Positions 19,294 through 28,973 of a stretch of DNA of 64,000 nt are shown here, piece after piece. Both the position numbers and the translations under genes were made by a program. The notes under the pieces are model-generated. The model worked only from the letters and a program-made list of their open reading frames with translations, was not told where the DNA came from and ran no database searches. Location: contig CBDCRP010000002.1 of the NCBI GenBank assembly GCA_965221165.1, positions 704,001 to 768,000 of the forward strand. Reading direction: 5' to 3'. The DNA is from a bacterium (GTDB taxonomy: Bacteria > UBA8248). Position 1 is the stretch's first letter, and each line of letters opens with the position of its first letter.

Positions 19294-21179
19294 CAGCGCA
19301 TTCCCGACCCGTCTTTTTTCCATAATTCAGAATCGGGCGAGGAGAAAATATCCACCCATTCCGAGCGCCAGCTTTTACTGCGCCTGTAATAACGATTCGC
19401 GAATTCATCGACGGCCTCTCGCGTGCGGCCATCCTCCCACCATGAATCGATATCGGGCCAGATGCCGTTCAGATGCCTCGCCGCGCTCTCGGCGGATGAA
19501 TGATGCACATTCACGTCTGAGAGTTTTTCGAGGCATGATTTCGCATGAGGTGAAATTCGCCAGGCGTTTTCCCCCCCGAAGAAGATGGTCGGAATACCCG
19601 CCGCCATCGTGAATGCCGCCGTCGTCCCCGGACGATCGAGAACACAAACGCCGCATCCCGATAACACAGGCGACAGCCTGCTCGGCATGTATCTCACCAA
19701 TTTTCCGCGAAGGATTTTTAGTTCAGGATATCTCTTTTCCAGGTAGGCCTGATCATATCGATTGTTCCTTCTGCGCATATAAGGCCTGTACCACAAGGCG
19801 GAGCGAAGCTCCTCGCCCAGATGCTCGATAAAACTCACCTTCTCCATCATGTACGGCGGTATGTCTTCGGGGAGAGCGTCCGCCGCCAACCATTTCAGAT
19901 AGGGGGTGAGTTCGGAACTGACCAAGATGATGGATGCGCTCCGCTTTTTGCTCCGCTTCATTTTTGAAAGAAAAGGAGAGGCCGCCGGCATGGCGCTTAC
20001 CCGATAATCGGATTGACGCTTCCAACCCCATGATACGAACCGATCGGCCGTCTCATACTCCGCAAGATGATGCCAGGGCGCAGATTCAATTAAACCGTAG
20101 TTTCCCCCATGCTGATTGATGACCAGCCTTACGGGGCGTTTTTCGAGGAGAGCGGCCACATAAAAATTCGACTGATCGTCATTGCCCAGATGGCCATAGA
20201 CGATGGTATCCATCCAGGGTGCCGTCGCTTTTACTTTTATGAGCGCTTTTTTCTCGTTTTCCAGAAAATGTTCCGTGAATATCTTCGGCATCATCTCCAA
20301 AGCGAGTGCATCCAGAACTTTCAGGAAAATTCCGGCTTCCGCAGCGGCGATGTCCTGAATCGATTGGAGTTCTTCGACTACATTATCCTTGGTGATATTT
20401 TCATTTTCCGCTTCGGATATTTTCTGAAACGCTTTTGCGGCCTCCTTCCAACGCCTCCTGTTTCGAAACAGCATGCGCAAGGAAATATACAAGGCATCCA
20501 GCGGACTCAAACCATGCACTTTATGAAATTGCACGCATCCCGGATTAGAGGATAGGATGCTCGCCCAACGGTATACCTCCATTTTTCTTTGCACTTTCCT
20601 GAATATGGCGTAGTTCTCCGTTGCAAACGAGCCAGGGGGACGGCTGGCGGAAAAATACGCATCTTCCGGGGCGGGCGCACCATCGCTCATGACCCACCCT
20701 TGCGGTTTGTATGCGCGGAGAAATCTGCTGAAAATGAGCCGATTCAGCGGATCGTCAATTATCATCTGATTAAAATGGGGCGTCGTGATGGATGAGAGGC
20801 TTTCATCCTCAGGAGAGATATATACGAGATACCGAACACCGCTCCTTACCCGGTTCCTGACGCGCAAAAACCGCTCGAATGAGCACATGACCAAATGGAG
20901 AAGCCATGGCATCAACAAGATGCGCCAGTAGCGATTCGAATAAGAACGCTTGTGTCTTTCGTTTTGCTTAAAGGCCAATCTTGCAATGTAAAATTCACAA
21001 ACCTTTTCCAGCTTTCGCGAGACGAGGCGGACCTCTTCGCTTTTGAGCGTCGGCTCGATTCCGTATTTTCTCCAATCCCACTCAAAAAACTGAGACTCCG
21101 GAAGTGACCAGGGGCCCAAATGCTCGGCCTGTCGCTCGTTCGGGATGGAATCGATTTTCGTCAGGATCAACTGTTTCAT
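19293..21179 (-). CDS. LIC12162-family putative transferase
   Basis: HLGPWS, SNRYWRILLMPWL, QHGGNYG, FVSWGW pattern recalled for this family, which occurs in nonulosonic-acid loci. Confidence 0.7.
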   Translation of the reverse strand: MKQLILTKIDSIPNERQAEHLGPWSLPESQFFEWDWRKYGIEPTLKSEEVRLVSRKLEKVCEFYIARLAFKQNERHKRSYSNRYWRILLMPWLLHLVMCSFERFLRVRNRVRSGVRYLVYISPEDESLSSITTPHFNQMIIDDPLNRLIFSRFLRAYKPQGWVMSDGAPAPEDAYFSASRPPGSFATENYAIFRKVQRKMEVYRWASILSSNPGCVQFHKVHGLSPLDALYISLRMLFRNRRRWKEAAKAFQKISEAENENITKDNVVEELQSIQDIAAAEAGIFLKVLDALALEMMPKIFTEHFLENEKKALIKVKATAPWMDTIVYGHLGNDDQSNFYVAALLEKRPVRLVINQHGGNYGLIESAPWHHLAEYETADRFVSWGWKRQSDYRVSAMPAASPFLSKMKRSKKRSASIILVSSELTPYLKWLAADALPEDIPPYMMEKVSFIEHLGEELRSALWYRPYMRRRNNRYDQAYLEKRYPELKILRGKLVRYMPSRLSPVLSGCGVCVLDRPGTTAAFTMAAGIPTIFFGGENAWRISPHAKSCLEKLSDVNVHHSSAESAARHLNGIWPDIDSWWEDGRTREAVDEFANRYYRRSKSWRSEWVDIFSSPDSELWKKDGSGMR

Positions 21180-21327
21180 GCGTCCGGATAGAGCACTTTC
21201 TCACGCCCTCGTCACATACGCGTACGGCGTGAACGGAGTTACGGCACGAATGGCCGCCCCCCAAGGCGCGCGTTAAACACCCTCGCGCCGCTCGACTTGA
21301 CGGGAAAAGAATTCCAACATTTATGGC

Positions 21328-21405
21328 TGGCGTCCCCAAGGGGATTCGAACCCCTGTTGCCGGCGTGAAAGGCCGGTGTCCTGGGCCAGGCTAGACGATG
21401 GGGAC
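21328..21405 (-). tRNA. tRNA-Glu (TTC)
   Basis: GTCCCCATCGTCTAGCCTGGCCCAGGACACCGGCCTTTCACGCCGGCAACAGGGGTTCGAATCCCCTTGGGGACGCCA; cloverleaf, TTC anticodon, encoded CCA. Confidence 0.97.
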
Positions 21406-21502
21406 AAGCAAAATCCATGAGGGCCGGTAAGCGAAGTCCCGAACCTTCAAGGGGTCGATTTATACTGGTTTTCGGGCCGGAAGTCTATACTGCTCCGCCA
21501 CT

Positions 21503-22372
21503 TCAAACGCGCAAGACGACGAGGATCACCCCGCTCACGGTGAGGGCAGCTCCGGCAGGCTCGCGCCAGGTGATGGATTCGACCCTCCTGAGGAAAATCA
21601 CGCTAAAAAGCACGGTGAACAAAGGGCTCGTCTGCACCATCGGCACCACCCTGAAAACCTCGCTTTTCTGCAAAGCGGACATGAAAAGAAAAATTCCCAT
21701 CCCTGCCGCTATGCCGCCCAGCAGATACGGCCAAAACGCTTGTTTCACGTCACCCGCATCCTCTTCCCGTAATGCATAGAGGGTATAAGCGCCCACCACG
21801 ACGAGAGCAGCGGCGGCGCCTATCATCGAGGCGGCAAGTGCGCTCGGGAAAGCGACCACGCCTTTTTTCCAGGACATGGCTCCAAACCCCGATATCATCG
21901 CCGCGAACACCGGCCACCGGGCGTCCCAGCGGCTCCATCGTCCTCCCGTCTTTCCCGATACGAGCAACACGATGCCGCCCACCACGAACAAAACGCCCAT
22001 CAGGTGGTACCAGGCAGGGTCTTCTCCCAGAAAAATGAGCGCCAAAAGGGCGGCGAATATCGGGGACATCCCCTTAATCGGCGCCGCGCGCGACACGCCG
22101 ATCCGGTGAATGCCGATCAGGAAAAAGATGAGGAAAAGCCCCGGGTTGCAGGTTCCGCCGAGCATCACCCACAGATAATGCGCGCCCATTTCCGGGAAGG
22201 AAGAGCCCAGCAGGACGACCAAGGGAATAAAAAGAACCAACTCCCCCACCAGCGTGATGGTGGCGCCCACGAAATGGTTGGCGTACTGCAAACCCTTGCG
22301 CGCGAAGAAATCCGCACAGGTAAAGGACAGCGCCGCGCCCAGAGCGAATAGAACAAATGGCTCAATCAACAA
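21503..22372 (-). CDS. EamA/DMT family transporter
   Basis: About 10 TM helices in two repeats; IGVSRAAPI...SPIFA...LGE. Confidence 0.85.
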   Translation of the reverse strand: MLIEPFVLFALGAALSFTCADFFARKGLQYANHFVGATITLVGELVLFIPLVVLLGSSFPEMGAHYLWVMLGGTCNPGLFLIFFLIGIHRIGVSRAAPIKGMSPIFAALLALIFLGEDPAWYHLMGVLFVVGGIVLLVSGKTGGRWSRWDARWPVFAAMISGFGAMSWKKGVVAFPSALAASMIGAAAALVVVGAYTLYALREEDAGDVKQAFWPYLLGGIAAGMGIFLFMSALQKSEVFRVVPMVQTSPLFTVLFSVIFLRRVESITWREPAGAALTVSGVILVVLRV

Positions 22373-22435
22373 GATGCGATTCTCCGCTCGATAGGCAACG
22401 CACGAAATATCTTTTCCAAAGACCCTTTGAAAAAT

Positions 22436-23656
22436 CTAGGCGAGGTATTTCTCTGAATTTCCCAAGAACTCGACCACGGCCTGCGCGAAGACGCTCACGC
22501 CGACAGGCAGCGCGTCCTCATCCAGGTCGAACCGATCGGAATGCAGGCCGTGAACGAACCCTTTTTCTTCGTTCGATATGCCCACGCGGAACAAGGCGCC
22601 GGGCCGCTTCTCCGCCATGTAGGAGAAATCCTCGGCTCCCATCGAAAGAGGCATCTCCCTCACGTTCTCTGCACCGAGGATCTGAACACCGGCGTTTTCG
22701 ATGAGCGCGGTGGCCGCCTTGTGGTTCACCAGAACAGGATATCCAGGCGTGATTTCCAGGTCGATCTTTACGTCGAAGGCCTCGGCCACCCCGCGCGCCA
22801 CCGCACGCACGCGCTCGGCCACCTTCGCTCTGATCTTCGGATCGTGCGTACGGATGGTGCCTTTTATCCTCGCATCGCGCGGCACGATGTTGAAAGCAAC
22901 TCCGGACTCGAACGTCGTGATGGAGAGAACGGCGGACTCGAGAGGACCAACATTTCTGCTCACGATGCTTTGAAGCGCAGTCACCAGATGGCAGGCGGCC
23001 ACCAGGGCGTCTTTGGATTTGTGGGGATACGCCGCGTGTGAACTTTCGCCTCTCACGTAAATCTGAAGTCTGTCCCCCGCCGCCAGCGAAGGCCCCGACC
23101 GCGTGCCGATGTGTCCCGCCGGCATATCGGGCCACACGTGCGCGGCGATGAGGAGATCGACCCGGGGTTCCTCCAGAACGCCTTCTTCCACCATTCTCTT
23201 TCCGCCGGCCTTGCCCTCCTCCGCCGGCTGAAAGATGAATTTGACGTTGCCGCCCAAACCGTCGAGCCAATTCTTGTTCTCGGAAAGCAGGCGAGCCGCG
23301 CCCAGCAGCATGCTCACGTGAGCGTCATGGCCACAGGCGTGCATTTTTCCCGGCCGGCGGCTCTTGTAGGGCACGTCGTTGGACTCATCGATGGAGAGCG
23401 CATCCATATCGGCGCGTATACCGATGGTGTGGCCGGGGCGTCCCGTTTCGAGCAGGCCTACCACCCCGGTTTCCGCGATGCCGGCGTGCACGTCGAGCCC
23501 GAATCTCTCGAGATTCTCCACGATGAGGCGGGAGGTTTCATGCTCTTCATAGCCGAGTTCGGGATTCATATGAATGGTGCGCCTGGTTTCCGAAAGCCAT
23601 GCTTGCAGCGCCAGGGAGGCATCCCGTATCGACTGAGACATATCATCAGACCTCAC
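22436..23656 (-). CDS. M20D family amidohydrolase
   Basis: HMNPELGYEE, RADMDAL, MHACGHDAH, FQPAEE, GAEDF, LHS. Confidence 0.93.
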   Translation of the reverse strand: MRSDDMSQSIRDASLALQAWLSETRRTIHMNPELGYEEHETSRLIVENLERFGLDVHAGIAETGVVGLLETGRPGHTIGIRADMDALSIDESNDVPYKSRRPGKMHACGHDAHVSMLLGAARLLSENKNWLDGLGGNVKFIFQPAEEGKAGGKRMVEEGVLEEPRVDLLIAAHVWPDMPAGHIGTRSGPSLAAGDRLQIYVRGESSHAAYPHKSKDALVAACHLVTALQSIVSRNVGPLESAVLSITTFESGVAFNIVPRDARIKGTIRTHDPKIRAKVAERVRAVARGVAEAFDVKIDLEITPGYPVLVNHKAATALIENAGVQILGAENVREMPLSMGAEDFSYMAEKRPGALFRVGISNEEKGFVHGLHSDRFDLDEDALPVGVSVFAQAVVEFLGNSEKYLA

Positions 23657-23873
23657 GATTTCGCTTCACCCATCCCGACATCATACCCGGCATTGAAAAT
23701 GAATCTTTTCCGGCAAACCTCGGAAGGCTTTTCCTGCAGTGTTGTCAATGAAGGCTAGATATCACAAACAAAGGAGATAAACCAATCCTTTGACCGATTT
23801 TGCATTTACCGGCCCGGATGCGGTTCTTATCAGGCAGGAGCAGTTCGTTGTGATGTGGGTTTAATGGCGGCTC

Positions 23874-24293
23874 TTATGCCACTTGCCAAGGATTGACGAT
23901 ATCGAGGTCCAGTCCATCGAAATCCCCCGTATTCCGCGTCGCAAGCGAGAGCTCGTGGGCTTTGGCCGTCCCGGCAATCAGCGCATCGCCCAAGTGCAGC
24001 ACCCGGCCCGAGTGATGCGCCTTACCCCGCAGTCGAGCAGCCCATTCAGCTTCCAAACGCTCCAAAGCCAAGATGCGATCTTCGAACTCGACGACGAAAT
24101 CGGATATGAACCGCCGCAATCTGTCCTGACGGCTTCCCTGAGGAAGGAGTTGCAAGCCGAACTCCAATTCATGCACCACGACCGAGGACACCCACAACTC
24201 CTGCTGCTCCGACAGAAACGCGATGACTCTCGGGTCCGGCGAGGCTTTCGTCAGTTCCGATACCACATTGGTGTCTATGAGATAACCGCTCAT
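23874..24293 (-). CDS. vapC: VapC PIN-domain toxin
   Basis: YLIDTNVVSE...DALIAGTA...LATRN.GDF...NPW; ATGA overlap with the antitoxin. Confidence 0.92.
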   Translation of the reverse strand: MSGYLIDTNVVSELTKASPDPRVIAFLSEQQELWVSSVVVHELEFGLQLLPQGSRQDRLRRFISDFVVEFEDRILALERLEAEWAARLRGKAHHSGRVLHLGDALIAGTAKAHELSLATRNTGDFDGLDLDIVNPWQVA

Positions 24294-24568
24294 TCGATAT
24301 CCGGCACCAGGACCGGAATCTCGCGCTCTGGTTCGCGTCGATCCGGGATTTCGAGATTGTCCCCACGGGGCGTATTCTCGACCAGCCACTGACCCAAGGG
24401 CTTGCGATCCGACGTATGGGTACGCCATAGGCGTTCCGGGGCCACAACGAACGCCTTTCTCGTACCGATTCGCTGCGGCCCTTCCTCCTCGGCAAGACGC
24501 AGGATTTCCGAAAGGCGCGCTTTCGCCTCGGCGACGGTCCAGATACGGCTGGGTTTCGAATTGACCAC
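24290..24568 (-). CDS. Phd/YefM family antitoxin
   Basis: WTVAEAKARLSEILRLAEEEGPQRI; upstream of vapC. Confidence 0.88.
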   Translation of the reverse strand: MVNSKPSRIWTVAEAKARLSEILRLAEEEGPQRIGTRKAFVVAPERLWRTHTSDRKPLGQWLVENTPRGDNLEIPDRREPEREIPVLVPDIE

Positions 24569-24593
24569 GGCTAAGACTCCTCATGACAATAAA

Positions 24594-24631
24594 ATATAGT
24601 CTAATATAGACCATATCAGATAATCTGTCAA
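24594..24631 (-). promoter_or_regulatory. Sigma70 promoter with overlapping operator palindrome for phd-vapC
   Basis: TTGACA-N17-TATATT on the minus strand (24631-24603); inverted repeat ATATAGTCTA-ata-TAGACCATAT (24594-24616) covers the -10. Confidence 0.7.
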
Positions 24632-24723
24632 AAAAAGCGAGGAGTTACCGCCGCGGAAAAAATGAAAACGCAGAAACGACACTGAACATCAAAACGCGCC
24701 CGGAACCATGACTCACTACAACG

Positions 24724-26400
24724 CTAAAAATCATCCGCAGAGAATTCGGGCCGCTCCCGCAATATCGCCTTAATATCCTCTCTCTTGTGTTTACGGGTGG
24801 TGGTTCTGGGCAACTCCTCCTCAGGCCAGAGGAAAAAAGCGGCCACCCTCTTGTAATCCGCCAAATGCGCGCTCAGGCGCTTGAGTTCGGAATCGGCCAG
24901 GACCGCGCGTTGCTCGTCTTCTTGCGGTAAATCGGCTTCTGGGTTCATCACCACTACGGCGAATACCTCTTCGCCGCCGCGAGGCGTTTTCCTGCCGAGG
25001 ACGCACACTTCCAGAAACCACTCGCTCTCCAGAAGCTGCTCCTCCACCTCTTCGGGATAAATGTTTTTGCCCGATTCGGAGACGATCACGTTTTTGGAGC
25101 GGCCGCATATCGTGAGGTAGCCATCCGCGTCCAGACGGCCGATGTCTCCGGTATGAAACCACCCATCCCGCAAGACCTCCTCGGTCATCTCCGGATTCTC
25201 GAAATAGCCCTGCATCACGTTGGGCCCGCGGATCAGGATTTCCCCTTCTCCCTCGTCCGCGCCCTCCACGGGTTCTATTCGCGCCTCCACCTCCGGTATG
25301 GGCGGACCGACGGTTCCGATTCTATTCGGCGCTCCCTGAGGATTCGCATGGGTGACGGGGGAGGTTTCCGTCAATCCGTACCCCTGGACCACCTCTATTC
25401 CCAAAACGAGCAAATCCCGCGCGATCCTCGGGTCGAGCGCGGCGCCTCCACTCGCAAAATAGCGCAGATTCTCGCCGAGATTTTTCTTCACCTGGGAAAA
25501 CAACAAACCCCCGACGCGAAAACCCATGGACAGACAAATCCCGGAAATCCCGAAAAGGAGCTTAAAAACGATTTTCTTCGCTCCGCTCAGCGATTCCACG
25601 TTCGACATGATTCGCTTGTGGATGAGCCGCGCCAGCGCCGGCACCATCAGGCAGATGGTGATGCCCTCGTTTTTCATGGTCTCCGCGAGGAGGCGCGGGT
25701 TCAGGGACGAGAGGTAATGCACCCGGGCGCCGGCCGTCAGCGGTATCAGGAAACCGCCCGTGCACTCGAACATGTGGTGAAGCGGCAGAATCGAGAGAAA
25801 AATATCGCTCTCCCCGGCATCGAACGGTACGAGCACGGCGCGCACATTGGAGGTGATGTTCCCGTGAGAGAGCATCACTCCTTTGGGAGTTCCCGTCGTT
25901 CCCGATGAAAACGACACCAGCGCGAGATCGTCCGAGCTTCGTTCGGCGCCCGGCAGGACATCCAGCGCCGTGGTGGGGGGAATCTCTCGATCCTCATCAA
26001 AACGCAACACCTCGGGGGTCGATGAGACATCTCTCGCCAGCGCCCTGGCGCGCTCTTCCTCCCGGGCGTCCGTCACGACGCAAACGGGCCTGGCTTTCTC
26101 CAGAATGTTCGCGAGTTCTCCTTCTTTCAGGTTCACGTCCAACGGCACGAGAACGCCGCCGGCAAGCAGCGCCCCGAAGTACCCCACCGCCCATTCGGGT
26201 TGATTCGGCGCCAACAGGGCGACGAAGTCCCCAGGCTTCACTCCCGCATCCATCAGTTCACGGGCCAAGGCGGCCGCTTCGCCGCAAAGTTTCCTTCTCG
26301 TGAGCGCCACCCTTCCGCGTCCTTCCACGTCGCCTTCGAGAGCGACCGAGTCGGGAAATTTCGTAGTTGCTTCTTTCAGGAGATCAATTAGCGTATCCAC
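24724..26400 (-). CDS. AMP-dependent (long-chain) acyl-CoA synthetase
   Basis: FSSGTTGTPKG, QGYGLTE, WFHTGDIG, GRSKNVIV, GKNIYPEEVE. Confidence 0.9.
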   Translation of the reverse strand: MDTLIDLLKEATTKFPDSVALEGDVEGRGRVALTRRKLCGEAAALARELMDAGVKPGDFVALLAPNQPEWAVGYFGALLAGGVLVPLDVNLKEGELANILEKARPVCVVTDAREEERARALARDVSSTPEVLRFDEDREIPPTTALDVLPGAERSSDDLALVSFSSGTTGTPKGVMLSHGNITSNVRAVLVPFDAGESDIFLSILPLHHMFECTGGFLIPLTAGARVHYLSSLNPRLLAETMKNEGITICLMVPALARLIHKRIMSNVESLSGAKKIVFKLLFGISGICLSMGFRVGGLLFSQVKKNLGENLRYFASGGAALDPRIARDLLVLGIEVVQGYGLTETSPVTHANPQGAPNRIGTVGPPIPEVEARIEPVEGADEGEGEILIRGPNVMQGYFENPEMTEEVLRDGWFHTGDIGRLDADGYLTICGRSKNVIVSESGKNIYPEEVEEQLLESEWFLEVCVLGRKTPRGGEEVFAVVVMNPEADLPQEDEQRAVLADSELKRLSAHLADYKRVAAFFLWPEEELPRTTTRKHKREDIKAILRERPEFSADDF

Positions 26401-26487
26401 ACGCGTTTCCTCCCACCTCTGCCCGCAGGAAGGCTCCCGGCGGGTCGAACGAGGTTAATCATCACTGACTCCATAGAGCTGCCCAGG

Positions 26488-27279
26488 CTAAATCAAACGT
26501 TTTCTTACCTGCCATGCGGCGAACTCTCCCGCGAAAACCAGCGCGATGATGGCCAACACCAGCACGCCCGACTTCTGCCACTGAAACTGTTTGACATACA
26601 AGAACACGTAAAAACCCAAGCCCCCCGCGCCGACCAGGCCCAAAATTGTGGAATCACGCAAATTCATCTCGAAACGAATGGCTAGATGCGCGACCATCTG
26701 AGGCAAAACCTGGGGAATCAGCCCATGTTGGATGACCTGAACGGACGAAGCGCCCGTCCCCTGCAACGCGAGCAGGGGTTTGGGGTCCGTCGCCTCGATT
26801 TCCTCCGCCACGAACCGGCCGAGCACCCCGACCGAGTGCACCGCCAGCGCCAACACTCCGGGGAAGGGACCGAGGCCCACGGCGGAGACGAACAACAAGG
26901 CGAGAAGCAGCAAGGGTATGGAGCGGACGAACGCCATGAGCGCCTTGATGGGCAGGTGCACCCAAACCGGCGTCCAGTTCGACGCCGCCAACACACCCAG
27001 TGGATAAGCAAACAGAGCGCCCAGAAAAGTGCCCGCGATGGTGGTTTGCAGCGTTTCGATCGCCGAGGTCAGCAAAACATCCCAAACCGACCAGTCCGGC
27101 GGCGTCATCCGGCCAAAGAAATGAAACAGCTGGGGAATCCCACGCCAGAATTGCTTGAGTGAAAACTCAGAACCTTGAAAGGACCAGAATAAGAGTGCGC
27201 TAACCGCCAGGAAGAGGCTGGCCCTGGTAGCCATACGCCCAGGTGAAAGCACTTCTGCTTGCTCTCGCTCCGTTCTCAT
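26488..27279 (-). CDS. phnE: PhnE/PtxC-like ABC permease
   Basis: MTPPDW, VRSIP, GLGPFPGVLAL, FEMNLRDSTILGLVGAGGLG. Confidence 0.88.
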   Translation of the reverse strand: MRTEREQAEVLSPGRMATRASLFLAVSALLFWSFQGSEFSLKQFWRGIPQLFHFFGRMTPPDWSVWDVLLTSAIETLQTTIAGTFLGALFAYPLGVLAASNWTPVWVHLPIKALMAFVRSIPLLLLALLFVSAVGLGPFPGVLALAVHSVGVLGRFVAEEIEATDPKPLLALQGTGASSVQVIQHGLIPQVLPQMVAHLAIRFEMNLRDSTILGLVGAGGLGFYVFLYVKQFQWQKSGVLVLAIIALVFAGEFAAWQVRKRLI

Positions 27280-28045
27280 TCACGACTCCGTTCGTTCCCA
27301 TGAACTCATAGATTTCACATATCTTATCATTCGAGAGAGAATCCGAAGAACCATCCCATGTGATTTTTCCGTTTTTCATCGCGAGAACCCTATCGGCATA
27401 TTTCCGCGCAAGTTCCGGAAGGTGGAGGCTCATCATGAGCGTCAGTTGATAGGCGTCGCAAACCGATACGAGAAGATCCATGATATCTTCGGCCAGCGCG
27501 GGGTCCAGGCTCGATACGGGCTCATCGGCCAGCAGAATCGCCGGCTCCTGCGCCAATGCCCGGGCAATGGCCACGCGCTGCTGCTCCCCGCCGGAGAGCG
27601 TGCGGGCAAAGCGGCGTTGCTTGTCGTCGAGATGCACCTCGTGAATGGCCTGTGCGCAGATTTGCAAATCACGCTCCGAGCAGACCCCCAACATGCTTTT
27701 CAGCAAAGACACATAGCCAAGCCTTCCGTGATAGACGTTTTGCCAAACGGTCTCCCGGCCTATCAGGTCGAAATGCTGATGGATCATGCCGATATGCCGA
27801 TGGTGGGCTTTCATCTTTTGCGGCTCCTTGATGGGAAAAACATCCCCCATCACGACCACTTGACCCTCATTGCAAGACACATAGCCCTTGAGCATCCGCA
27901 TCAGGGTCGTCTTGCCGGAACCGCTGTTGCCGATGATGGCCACTCTCTCTCCACGAGAGATGTCGAGATGATCGATGGAAAGAATCGTCCGTCCCCCCAT
28001 CTCCACGCGCGCATCTTCAATTTGGATGACCACTTCTTTCGACAT
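27200..28045 (-). CDS. phnC: PhnC-like ABC ATPase
   Basis: [45 protein letters not shown]. Confidence 0.9.
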   Translation of the reverse strand: MSKEVVIQIEDARVEMGGRTILSIDHLDISRGERVAIIGNSGSGKTTLMRMLKGYVSCNEGQVVVMGDVFPIKEPQKMKAHHRHIGMIHQHFDLIGRETVWQNVYHGRLGYVSLLKSMLGVCSERDLQICAQAIHEVHLDDKQRRFARTLSGGEQQRVAIARALAQEPAILLADEPVSSLDPALAEDIMDLLVSVCDAYQLTLMMSLHLPELARKYADRVLAMKNGKITWDGSSDSLSNDKICEIYEFMGTNGVVNENGARASRSAFTWAYGYQGQPLPGG

Positions 28046-28049
28046 TTCC

Positions 28050-28973
28050 CTACTCCTTCAAAAAGCCATACTTTCGAGCCAAATCGGCCACCGATCGATA
28101 ACTGCTGTGGTCGACCCTGATGTAACCATCCGTTCCGTAAAGAGCCCGCAGCAACCCACGATTCTCGGGCTGATTCATCTTCATCATCGCCGCAATGAAT
28201 TTTTGCCTGGTTTCAGGCTCCAGCCCCCCCCGGACCACCACATTGTGGCTGGGAATTCGTGCGGATTGCTTGATGGCGACGATTTTGTCCCGCTGCTCGG
28301 GGCGGAGAAGATTGAGAGCGTATTGGCTGACGCCGGCGGCATCGACGAAGCCGCCGAACATCGAGTTGATCGCCTGTTGATCTCCCCCGGCGAAATATAC
28401 TCTTCGGAAAAACCCGCCCTCTGGTTTTCCCACTCCCCCGTTCACGAGGCCGGAACGAACAAAAATATCGTGGGGATACATGAAGCCGGAACTCGAAATA
28501 GGGTCGACATAAGCGATGGTTTTGCCCTTCAGATCGGAGAGCTTTTTGATACCGCTGTCCTTGCGCACAAAAATCCGGGAATAATAATAGGGCTTCCCGT
28601 CGTATATCTCACCAAGAACCGCTTCGACCCCCGAATACTTGTTCGCCAGGACATAGGGCAGCGGAGACATGAAGCTTACATCCGCCTTTTTCGAGATCAT
28701 GGCCTCCACTGCGGCCGAGTAGTTCAAGGTGATGAAATAGCGAACCTTGCGCCCCATTTCTTTTTCCAGGAAGTTCATCGCCGGCTTCACGTTGCTGATG
28801 AGTTTCTCGGGATTCTCGAGCGGAATGAACGCGACCCGAAGTTCTCCATCTACCGCCCGGGCAGGAGGCGAAGCAAACAAAATCATGGAGAAGGCGAGGA
28901 GAGCCGCTCCCGCGAAACCGACACCAGGCGCTTTCGACAATAATTTGCGTATGAAACGCATGGCGTTGTTCAT
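28050..28973 (-). CDS. phnD: PhnD/PtxB-like periplasmic substrate-binding protein
   Basis: Signal peptide; LRVAFIP, YSAAVEAM, VRKDSGIKKLSDLKGK, VDPISSSGF.YP. Confidence 0.85.
   Translation of the reverse strand: MNNAMRFIRKLLSKAPGVGFAGAALLAFSMILFASPPARAVDGELRVAFIPLENPEKLISNVKPAMNFLEKEMGRKVRYFITLNYSAAVEAMISKKADVSFMSPLPYVLANKYSGVEAVLGEIYDGKPYYYSRIFVRKDSGIKKLSDLKGKTIAYVDPISSSGFMYPHDIFVRSGLVNGGVGKPEGGFFRRVYFAGGDQQAINSMFGGFVDAAGVSQYALNLLRPEQRDKIVAIKQSARIPSHNVVVRGGLEPETRQKFIAAMMKMNQPENRGLLRALYGTDGYIRVDHSSYRSVADLARKYGFLKE

Noticed and set aside
23874-24614. 246-aa version of vapC
   Set aside because: The extension overlaps the antitoxin off-frame; the PIN domain starts at ATG 24293 with an ATGA overlap.
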